64,000 bases of DNA. Source: Vicinamibacteria bacterium (GTDB lineage: Bacteria > Acidobacteriota > Vicinamibacteria > Vicinamibacterales > JAENWD01). Below are positions 38,826-47,818 of this stretch, in pieces. Under the pieces are notes generated by a model. That model was not told the DNA's origin and did not search any database. It saw only the letters and a program-made list of their open reading frames with translations. Numbering within the stretch: position 1 is the first letter of the stretch; every line of letters starts with the position of its first letter. Both the position numbers and the translations under genes were made by a program. Location of the stretch: contig CAWHFZ010000006.1 in assembly GCA_963828745.1 (NCBI GenBank), positions 449,549-513,548 on the forward strand. The letters are read 5' to 3'.

Positions 38826-41772
38826 ATGCACAACGCACGTCGCGGCGTCCTGACGATGCTGACGATCGTATTGCTGTCGGGCGCGGCTTTCGCGCAGTCA
38901 CAGGCGACAACCGGTGTCATCGAGGGCACCGTGTCGGATTCATCCGGCGCCGTGCTGCCAGGCGCGACGGTCACCTTGAAGAATACCGGGACGAATTTCA
39001 CTCGCGACCTCGTGACCGATGCCGACGGCCGCTTCCGTGGCCTGCTGCTGCCTCTCGGGACCTACAAACTCACCGTCGCACTCGCTGGCTTCTCCAACTA
39101 CGAGCAGGACGGCATCGAGCTCGTGGTCGGCCAGACGGCGAATATCCCGATCATCCTGCAAGTCGGCGGTGTCGCGGAGAAGATTACGGTCACGAGCGAT
39201 TCGCCCGTCGTCGAGACCACGCGCTCCGAGGCTTCGACGCTGATCAATCAGCAGGCGCTTCGCGGCTTGCCCAACAACGGGCGCAACTTCCTCAGCTTCA
39301 TGCAGCTGACCCCGGGCGTCACGATCGTGCAGGGCCCGGACGGCGACGAGATCAGCGTCAACGGCCAGAAAGGGCATCACCAACAACATCTCGGTGGACG
39401 GCGCCGACTTCAACAATCCGTTCTTCGGCGAACAGCGCGGCGGCCAGCGTCCGGCGTTCACGTTCAATCAGGACGCGATCAAGGAGATGGTGGTCGTCGC
39501 GGACGGCGCGGCGCCCGAGTTCGGCCGCAGCGGATCCGGCTTCGTCAACGTCGTCACCAAGTCGGGCACCAACACGCCCGGCGGATCGGCGCACTTCTTC
39601 TTCAAGCACGACAATCTGTCCACGAAGAACTCCGCCGGCGAGAAGTTCCCGTTCGATCAGGAGCAGTTCGGCGCGACGCTGGGCGGCCCGCTCAAGAAGG
39701 ACAGGTTGTTCTACTTCCTGGCCTACGACGAGCAGCAGTTCGACCAGACCAAGCAGCTCGATCCGAACCGCATCGAGCCGCGCGTCGTCGACTTCTTCGC
39801 CGCCCTCGGCAGCCCCGACGAGAACGGCTCGATCGCCCGCACGAACGACGCCCGCGTGTTCCTCGGCAAAATCGACTCGCAGCTGTCGCAGAAGAACCTC
39901 TTGTCGGTGCGCTACAACTACACATGGAGTGAACAGCAGAACGGGACGTTCGACGTCGATTCGTGGGGACGAAGCGCCAACGCGGTCGAGCGCGACTTTT
40001 CCAACGCCGTGTCGGGCTCCCTCGCCGACGACGCTCTCGCTCGACCATGCTGCACGAGTTCCGATTCCAGTTCGCGCGAGAAGATCGGCCACGCCCCTAC
40101 GATGGCCCCGACATCTCGGGCCAGACGCGGCCGTTTCCCGACACGGCATTCGATTTCGGTCACGGGCTATCGTTTCGGTGAGCCGTTCTTCATTCCGGTC
40201 GACTATTACGACACGCGCGTGCAGTTCGTCGACAACCTGTCGTGGATCAAGGGGCGACACACGATCAAGGGTGGCTTCGAATTCAATCGCGTCAATTCGG
40301 TGCAGACCTTCGTCGGCTTCGCCAACGGCCGCTACATCTTCGGCAGCACTGACGGCTTCCTCAACTACCAGCAGTTCGGCCCCACCTACGTCGAATGCTC
40401 CAACGGCACGACGAGCCTCACCGGTTCGTGCCCTGCCGGCGCCAGCATCACCGGACCGCTCCTCCTGTTTCTGCAGCAGGCTGGCGTTGGCGGCCTCACG
40501 CGTCGAGGAGGCGGGCACGCAGTCGATCCCGCAGACCGAGCCGGCGCTTTTCATCCAGGACAAGTGGCAGCCGACCAGCAACCTCACGATTTCGTACGGG
40601 ATCCGCTGGGAGGCGCAGCTCCAGCCGGACATGATCACGCCGCGCGATCAGCTCTTCTACCGGGAGTTCCTCGACAACCCGGCCTTTCCTTCCGACGGCA
40701 CGATTCCGTCGGATACGAGCATGTGGCAGCCGCGCCTCGGCCTGTCGTGGGATCCGGGAGACGATGGCAAGCAGGTCATTCGCGCGAGTGCCGGTATCTT
40801 CTACTCGCGCATTCCCGGTCTGAGCCTCGCGAGCACGCGGTCGACCGACGGCACCCGCGGACAGTCGCTCTATCGTGACAGCACGTTCAACGGCTTCGGC
40901 GTGACGCCGCCGACATGGCCGAATCTGATCCCGGCCGACGCAGAATGCGACCCCGGATCATCCGGACGTGTTCGTCTTCGACAAGAACTTCCACAATCCG
41001 CGGACCTACTCCGGCACGATCAGCTACGAGCGCGAGCTGATCGCCAACCTCACGGCGTTCGCCACCTTCACGCACTCGAAGACGGTGCACGTGACCCGTT
41101 TCATCAATCGCAACGATGCGGTGTTCGGCAGACCGTTCAGCACCGGGCTTGGGCCGAACGACCAGAACGGCATCGGCGTGCTGACGACGGTGGAGAGCTC
41201 CGCGAAGGCGAAGTGGGACGGTCTCACGATCGGCATGACCAAGCGCTACGCGAACAGCTACCAGTTCCAGTGGAACTACACGCTGTCGCGCGACATGTCG
41301 GACGACGACAACGAGCGCGATCCGTTCAACTTCCGCTACGCGCGAGCGGACAACCTGGCTCCTGAATACAACTACTCGGACCGCGATCAGCGTCACCGGT
41401 TCAACGCCTGGCTGCTGGTCACCCACCGCGGTTTCGAGTTCAATACCCGCGTCTCGGCGCGCTCGGCGCAGCCTCAATCGGTCGGCAACACGCCGCAGGA
41501 TCGCATCCAGCCTGACGGCACGCATCATCAAGCGCAACACGCTGCGCAAGGACAACGAGTTCTTTACGTGGGACATCCGCGTCGCGCGGCCGTTCAAGTT
41601 CCGTGATTCCTCGGTGTCGATCGAACCGATCTTCGAGATCTTCAACCTGACGAACAGCAAGAACATTCGCCGTCCGGAAGTCACGAACCTGATCTTCAAC
41701 TTCGACGGCACGGTCCAGAACGGCCTCGGCGATCCTCGTCAGGCGCAGCTCGGGGTTCGGGTCAGGTTCTGA
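38826..41772 (+). pseudogene. TonB-dependent receptor with carboxypeptidase-regulatory-like domain, reading frame broken 6-7 times
   Basis: GAGGAGG precedes the ATG at 38826. The text starts with a signal peptide and GVIEGTVSDSSGAVLPGATVTL. It can be followed through track ORFs 38646.., 39394.., 39963.., 39929.. and 40968.., then a last frame ending ...PRQAQLGVRVRF-TGA at 41772. Frame changes are near 39372, 40028-40045, 40162, 40500, 40950 and 41522. Confidence 0.85.
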
Positions 41773-41785
41773 GAAATATGAAGTT

Positions 41786-41839
41786 GGCCGGGTTACCCGG
41801 GTTAGCCGGGTTGCACGGGTTGGAAGGTTTGCTCGGGTT
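41786..41839. repeat. Nonanucleotide tandem repeat, 6 units of NNNCGGGTT, between convergent genes
   Basis: Direct reading: ggccgggtt acccgggtt agccgggtt gcacgggtt ggaaggttt gctcgggtt. Confidence 0.85.
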
Positions 41840-41851
41840 GATGCCGTAGAC

Positions 41852-43132
41852 TTACGGGTTGGTTTCGACAAAGTCGAGATCTCGCCCGTAAGTCTCATGA
41901 AGGAGTGAAACGGCCAGGATGGCGATGATGAGCGTCACGGCGCCGACGAGGATGCCGCTCATTGTCAGGCCGACGATGGGCGTCAGGGCTTGAAATGTCG
42001 AGGTCAGCGGCACGACAGCGCCCCTGACGAAGTTCGGAACGGTCGTCGTCGCTGTCGCACGCAGGTTCGTGCCGAAATGCTCGGAGGCGATCGTCACGAA
42101 GACGGCCCAATAGCCGGTCGCGAATCCGAGATAGAAACAGAGGGCGTAGAACGCCCACAACGTCCGCGGCCACGGAGCGAAATAGATGACGACGCCCAGC
42201 GCCGTCAAGCCGATGAACAGGCGGAGGACATATTTCCGGCTGCGAATCCACTGCGACATCCAGCCGCTCGCCAAATCGCCCAGCGCCAGCCCCATGTAAC
42301 AGAACATCACCGCACGCCCTGCGTTCGGCGGCGGTGCCATACCCATCGCCTTGCCGAACTCAGGTGAGAACGTCACCAGGATGCCCACGACATACCAGAT
42401 CGGCACGCCAATCAGGATGCACGAGAGATAACGGGAGGCTCGCTCTCGCGTCGCGAACAGCTGAAGGAAACGGCCGCGCGCGTGCGAGAGCGTCTTGACC
42501 TGCTGGAACATCCCCGACTCGTGCACGCCGATCCGCAGCAACAACAGCAGAATGCCCATCAGCCCGCCGACAATGTACGCGGTGCGCCAGTCGAACCAGT
42601 CGCCCACGAGCACTGCCACCACGGCGCCACAGATCCCCACGGCGGCGACGAGCGTGGTCGCGTAGCCCCGGCTCTCGCGCGGCATGATCTCGCTGACCAG
42701 CGTGATGCCGGCACCCAGCTCTCCCGCCAGGCCAATCCCCGCCACGAGGCGAAGGGCTGCGTACTGCGGCACCGTCGTGACGTAGGCGTTGAGCAGGTTG
42801 GCGACCGAGTACATCACGATCGACCCGAACAGCACCGATAACCGGCCGCGCCGATCGCCGAGCACGCCCCAGGCGATGCCGCCGATCAGCATGCCGGTCA
42901 TCTGCATGTTCAGGAGCAGCACGCCCCGCGGCAACAGTTGATCGGGCGGGACACCAATCGCGGTCAGGCTGCGAACGCGGACGATGCTGAACAGGATCAG
43001 ATCGTAGATATCGACGAAATATCCGAGGGCGGCGACGAGAACGGCGAGGGCGACCGTACGACGATTGAGGCCAGGCGACGACACGGACGGCATCGAAGCC
43101 GAATTGTAGTGCCGGAGTGCCAGAATAGGCAC
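41852..43132 (-). CDS. MFS transporter. The start is uncertain (GTG at 43132 or ATG at 43093).
   Basis: 12-helix profile with the MFS loop motif GVLGDRRGRLSVL. Confidence 0.85.
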   Translation of the reverse strand: MPILALRHYNSASMPSVSSPGLNRRTVALAVLVAALGYFVDIYDLILFSIVRVRSLTAIGVPPDQLLPRGVLLLNMQMTGMLIGGIAWGVLGDRRGRLSVLFGSIVMYSVANLLNAYVTTVPQYAALRLVAGIGLAGELGAGITLVSEIMPRESRGYATTLVAAVGICGAVVAVLVGDWFDWRTAYIVGGLMGILLLLLRIGVHESGMFQQVKTLSHARGRFLQLFATRERASRYLSCILIGVPIWYVVGILVTFSPEFGKAMGMAPPPNAGRAVMFCYMGLALGDLASGWMSQWIRSRKYVLRLFIGLTALGVVIYFAPWPRTLWAFYALCFYLGFATGYWAVFVTIASEHFGTNLRATATTTVPNFVRGAVVPLTSTFQALTPIVGLTMSGILVGAVTLIIAILAVSLLHETYGRDLDFVETNP

Positions 43133-43169
43133 CGGCTGGACTGACGTCCGGCTCTATGGAGGCTCCCCT

Positions 43170-43988
43170 ATGGTGATCGAGTTGCAGCCGCGCCGGGCGC
43201 GGCGCTTCGGGCTGTCCGTCCTGATCCTCGTCCTGACCTTTCTGACGGCGACGTGCGCGTTTCGTACGATCTCGACAGGCCACGTCGGCGTGACCACGCT
43301 CTTCGGGAAGGTCACCGGTGAACAGCTCGACGAAGGCATTCACGTCGTCAACCCGCTGAAACGCGTCGCCGAGATGTCCGTGCGCACGCAGGAGGTGAAA
43401 GAGCAGGCGGCGGTGCCCTCGTCCGAGGGGCTGATCATGCGGCTCGAAGTATCGCTCCTCTTCCGTGTCGATCCGGCGCGCGCGCCGGAAGTCTACCGGA
43501 CTATCGGTCCCGACTACGCCCAGGTGATCATCGCTCCGAACTTCCGATCCGTGATGCGCGCAATCACCGCGGCGCACACGGCGAGCACGCTGTACAGCGA
43601 AGGCCGCGACACGGTCGCCCGGCAGATGCTCGAGATGATGCAGCGATCGCTGGGATCCCGCGGCATCATCGTCGAGAACGTCCTCCTGCGCGACATCGTG
43701 CTGCCCGACACGCTGCGCCAGGCGATCGAGGCCAAGCAGCAGGCCGACCAGGAAGCGCAGCGCATGAACTTCGTGCTGCTGCGCGAGAAGCAGGAGGCCG
43801 AGCGCAAGCGGATCGAGGCGCAGGGCATCTCCGACTTCCAGCGGATCGTCGCGCAGGGGATCAGCCAGCAGTTGCTGGAATGGAAAGGAATCGAGGCGAC
43901 GATGGAAGTGGCCAAGAGCCAGAACGCGAAGGTGATCGTCATCGGCAACCCGAAGAACGGACTGCCGTTGATCTTCCCAAGCCAGTAG
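43170..43988 (+). CDS. SPFH/band-7 (prohibitin-like) protein
   Basis: GGAGG precedes the ATG. It has an N-terminal anchor, an SPFH core and a coiled-coil tail (EAKQQADQEAQRMNFVLLREKQEAERKRIEAQG). Confidence 0.9.
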   Translation: MVIELQPRRARRFGLSVLILVLTFLTATCAFRTISTGHVGVTTLFGKVTGEQLDEGIHVVNPLKRVAEMSVRTQEVKEQAAVPSSEGLIMRLEVSLLFRVDPARAPEVYRTIGPDYAQVIIAPNFRSVMRAITAAHTASTLYSEGRDTVARQMLEMMQRSLGSRGIIVENVLLRDIVLPDTLRQAIEAKQQADQEAQRMNFVLLREKQEAERKRIEAQGISDFQRIVAQGISQQLLEWKGIEATMEVAKSQNAKVIVIGNPKNGLPLIFPSQ

Positions 43989-43991
43989 TTT

Positions 43992-44933
43992 CTAGCCTGC
44001 GGCTCGCACCGGACGGAGAATCGGCTTCGTGGTGACGTGCTCGCGGCGGACTGGCGCACAGGAGCCAATCAATCGCAGGAACTCGAGGACGTAGTCGGTA
44101 CGTGCGAGTCCGCGCGGCACGACTGCCGACCATCCTCGCAGGAATCCACGAGGACCGATCCGCACGCCGCAGAGCCCGAGCGGCTGCAGGTATGGCTGGA
44201 CCACCCAGCGCGGAAGGACGCTGACGCCAAGGCCGGCGCGCACGAGCTCGAGGATCGCTTCGGTGAGCTGGACCTGGCGCCATACGGGTTGCACCCCGGC
44301 GGGTTGGAGCAGCGTGTTGTAGACGTAGCTCTCCTGCGGCGTGGCATACATGTACAACGTCTCGCCGGCCAGGTCCGTCGCACGGGCGTGCGGCCGGCTG
44401 GCCAGGCGATGGCCGGCCGGGGCCACGATCAGCATTTCGTCGCGGAACAGCGCTGTCGAGGCGAGCCGGCGGTCGCGGGCCGGGGACGTGACCACCGCGA
44501 GATCGAGCGTTCCGGCAAGAAGCGCCGCCAGCGGCTTGGTGGTCGCGTCGACCTCAATCCGCACGTCTACGCCCGGCGCCGCCTTCTGGAACTGGCGCAG
44601 CACCGCGGGCAACCAGTGGTAACACGTGTAGCACTCGGTCGCCACGCGAAGCAGCCCCTGCCGCTCCGTTGCGATGTCTCGCACTTGGGCTTCGGTGCGC
44701 GCGAGATCGGCGAGCACCCGTCCCGCGGTCTCGATCAGGTGCTGACCCGCGGCGGTCGGGATCATGCGGCGGCTGCGCCGCAGGAACAGTGGCGTGCCGA
44801 GGCGGTCTTCGATGTCGCGAAGCTGATGGCTCAAGGCCGATTGCGTCAGGTTCAGCTGGCCGGCGGCGGCGGTGAGGCTGCCCAGCGTCGCGACCGTCTG
44901 CACCAGCCGAAGGTGTCGGACTTCGAGCTCCAT
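43992..44933 (-). CDS. LysR-family transcriptional regulator
   Basis: Start at MELEVRHLRLV (44933). It has a wHTH (LNLTQSALSHQLRDIEDRLG) and a LysR substrate-binding domain. Confidence 0.9.
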   Translation of the reverse strand: MELEVRHLRLVQTVATLGSLTAAAGQLNLTQSALSHQLRDIEDRLGTPLFLRRSRRMIPTAAGQHLIETAGRVLADLARTEAQVRDIATERQGLLRVATECYTCYHWLPAVLRQFQKAAPGVDVRIEVDATTKPLAALLAGTLDLAVVTSPARDRRLASTALFRDEMLIVAPAGHRLASRPHARATDLAGETLYMYATPQESYVYNTLLQPAGVQPVWRQVQLTEAILELVRAGLGVSVLPRWVVQPYLQPLGLCGVRIGPRGFLRGWSAVVPRGLARTDYVLEFLRLIGSCAPVRREHVTTKPILRPVRAAG

Positions 44934-44970
44934 GGATCCGTCGCTCCCTGAGATGTCCGCGATGAGGCAC

Positions 44971-45627
44971 TCATCGCGACGCGATTCGGCGCACCTCGCA
45001 GCCGGCGCCGATGGTCGACGCCGAGTTCTTCGAGAGGGTGAACCGCGATCGGTCGCCCCATGCCACATCATCTGGCGCAAAGCCCGCAGCCATCAGTCCG
45101 GCGGCTGTATGCTCCGGCGATCGGAGCATGAAGTGGCCAATCTCGTGCGCCAGCCCGCGCCCCAGAATCCGCGGCAGGACACCTGCGCGAACAGCCGCCG
45201 GCCACGCCGTCAGCGGACGGCCGCCGAGACGCGCGTGAGCCGAAAGCCTCGAGGCGGCGGCCAGCGAGAGCTCGATCTCGCCAAGAGGACTGCCGTCACG
45301 AAAGCGAATGCGGCCCAGCGACGGCTTGCCGGCGGTCGTGTCCTGCGGCGGCAGGTTCGGCGAGATGAGCACTCGCACCCGCACTTCGAACCCCTCACAG
45401 CGGTCGGGACCATGCGCCCAGCAGAACGTCAGTCCGTAGGCGGCCCAGGTGGCCTCGACTTCGCGCGTGAACAGGTGCCATTCCCGATCCCCCCAGGCCA
45501 GCGGCGCACGGACGTCGATCGCAATCGCGATGGCACAGGACATGGCCGGACCCTCACCATTCGCCGGCTCGATCGGCGCCAGGGGCATCAACGGGACCAA
45601 CGCCAGCATCACGGGCCACGCCTTCAT
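44971..45627 (-). CDS. Small exported putative zinc metallopeptidase (HExxH)
   Basis: GAGGAGG precedes the ATG. A signal-like N-terminus is present, and [14 protein letters not shown] is followed by GLM. No family recognised. Confidence 0.55.
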   Translation of the reverse strand: MKAWPVMLALVPLMPLAPIEPANGEGPAMSCAIAIAIDVRAPLAWGDREWHLFTREVEATWAAYGLTFCWAHGPDRCEGFEVRVRVLISPNLPPQDTTAGKPSLGRIRFRDGSPLGEIELSLAAASRLSAHARLGGRPLTAWPAAVRAGVLPRILGRGLAHEIGHFMLRSPEHTAAGLMAAGFAPDDVAWGDRSRFTLSKNSASTIGAGCEVRRIASR

Positions 45628-45755
45628 GTCGTCCTCCTCGAGGCCATCGGCCCCCGCGGACGACTGTAGGCACTGGACTATATGAACACAAGCGCAATGA
45701 TTTTTGTATTTGGATGAATATCTCTCATATATTTGCCGGAGAGTGCAGGACGTGG

Positions 45756-45884
45756 TCTACCGACCCGGCGACCTATGCCGCGGTGTCTGCCATCCTCGCC
45801 GGCATCGCGCTGCTGGCAACCTACGTTCCGGCGCGACGCGCGTCGAGGATCGATCCGATGGTGGCGCTGCGGTCGGATGGCTAG
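45756..45884 (+). pseudogene. Orphan 3' remnant of an FtsX/ADOP permease gene
   Basis: Hand translation gives [45 protein letters not shown]. This matches the C-terminal signature of the intact ADOP permease at 27862. There is no upstream permease sequence, only an AT-rich patch. Confidence 0.6.
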
Positions 45885-47817
45885 GAGCTGTGCGTGTTCG
45901 CGACGAGCCGGACGATGCTCCTGAGCAGGTCGGCGATTTCCAGCGGCTTGGGCAGGTGATCGTGGAACCCGGCGGTCCGCGCCCGCGAGCGGTCCTCGTC
46001 GCCGACATACCCGCTGACGGCGATGGCGCGGAACGATGCTGCCGGATTCATCGAGCGCAGGCGCTCCAGCAGTGCATAGCCATCCTCGCCGGGCATGCCG
46101 ATGTCGGCGATGAGCACGTCCGGCTCGGTCGTCGAAAAGCTGTTCACTGCCTCTGCGGTTGACGATGCTGTCCGCACGGTGGCGCCGCGTGCCGTCAGCA
46201 ACAGTTGCAGCAGGTCTCGCGTGTCGCGATCGTCGTCCACCACCAGCACCTTGATCCTGGTCAGCGCGATACGCTCCTGATCAGGACCTTCCCCGACCGC
46301 GCTCACCACTTCGGTCGCCGACGCCAGCGGCAAGCTGACGCGGAACGTGCTGCCTTGCCCGGTCCCGGCACTGTCGGCAGCGACGGAGCCCTGGTGCGCC
46401 TCGACCAGGTGACGGACGATTGCAAGCCCGAGTCCAAGTCCGCCGTGCGAACGAGAGGTCGTGCTGTCGGCCTGAGCGAATCGCTCGAACACGCGCGGCA
46501 AGAATTGCTCGTCGATGCCGACTCCCGTATCCGCGATCTCGACAACGGCCGAGGTCCCGCGAACCGACAGCGATAGCTCGACGCGGCCGTTTGGCGAGGT
46601 GAACTTCATCGCGTTCGACAGCAGGTTCGTGATCACCTGCTGCAGCCGCTGTGGGTCACCGCGGACGGCGACGCTCTTGGAGGGAATGTTGGTGCTCAAG
46701 GTGATCCGACGATCCGCGGCCGCGGGGCGCAACATATCGGCGGCGGCGTTCACGACCTTCACAAGGTCGATGATGTGCATCTGCAGCCGCAGCTTGCCGC
46801 TGACGATCCGCGAGACGTCGAGGATGTCCTCGATCAGCCGCACTTGCGCAGCGGTGTTCCGCTCGATCACTTCGAGCGCGTATTGCACCTTGTCCGGAGG
46901 CACCTCGCCACGGCGAAGCAGATGTACCCACACCGAGAGTGCGTTCATCGGTGTGCGGAGTTCGTGCGACAGCATGGCGAGGAACTCGTCCTTCGCGCGC
47001 CCGGCACGATTCGCCTCGTCGTAGAGGCGGGCCATTTCCTGCTCGGCACGCTTGCGCTGCGTGATGTCCTCGAACAGGGCGAGCGCGCCCGGTGATCTCT
47101 CCGCTGGCATCGCGCAACGGCGCCGTCGAGAGGCTGACCGGGATCAGCTGTCCGTCACGACGCAGACGCTGCGTCTCGTAGCCGAGTCTCCGACTTCCCG
47201 GCCAGGGTCAACGCCAGCCGGGTGCCGAACTCCTCTTCGAATCCTGGCGGGACGAGGGGCAGCGGTTGTCCAAGCACCTCCTGCTCGGTCCACCCGAAGA
47301 TGCGTTCAGCGGCGGGACTCCAGCGAACCACGTACCCCCTGGCATCGGTGGCGACGACGCCGAGAGGGGACGCCTCGACAACCGCATGCAGGGTCGCATT
47401 GGCTTCGCGAACCGCCTCCTCCGCGCGCTTCAGGCGAAGCAACGCGTTGACGTTCGCGACGAGCTCGTCGGGATGGACCGGCTCGGTCAGGTAGCCGTCG
47501 GACCCGCCAGCCAGTCCGGTCAGCTTGCTCTCGAGGGTCACCGACGTCGCCGACATATGCACCACTAACACGTGTGCTGTCGCCGGATCCTGCTTGATCT
47601 GCCGGCACACCTCGAAGCCCGTAATGTCGGGCAGGTTGACGTCGAGCAGCACGAGCTGCGGGTGATGCGTGCGGACCAGCTGCAGCGCTTCCGATCCGGT
47701 CGTCGCTTCAAGGACGTCGAAACCGGCGCTCTTGAGGATGCGGCTGCGCGAGTATCTCCCTGGCGCGTAGTCGTCGACGTTCAGGATCGTTGCCGGCTGG
47801 TGTCCGGTCATGACCAT
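45881..47817 (-). pseudogene. Hybrid histidine kinase (REC-PAS-HisKA-HATPase-REC), last gene of the stressosome-type operon, with two frame breaks in the PAS segment
   Basis: The ATG at 47817 is 1 nt after the upstream stop. REC (ILNVDDY...LLDVNLPD) and PAS text run through track ORF 47155..47865, then a short third frame (YETQRLRRDGQLIPVSLSTAPLRDASGEITG), then ORF 45881..47110 (ALALFEDITQRKRAE, SHELRTPMNA, G-boxes, VLVVDDD...IADIGMPGEDG). Confidence 0.85.
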
Positions 47818-47818
47818 C

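Noticed and set aside
41848-41893. 10-bp inverted repeat gacttacggg...cccgtaagtc considered as a terminator.
   Set aside because: The loop would be about 25 nt and both arms lie in or at the 3' coding end of the MFS gene. There is no U-tract.
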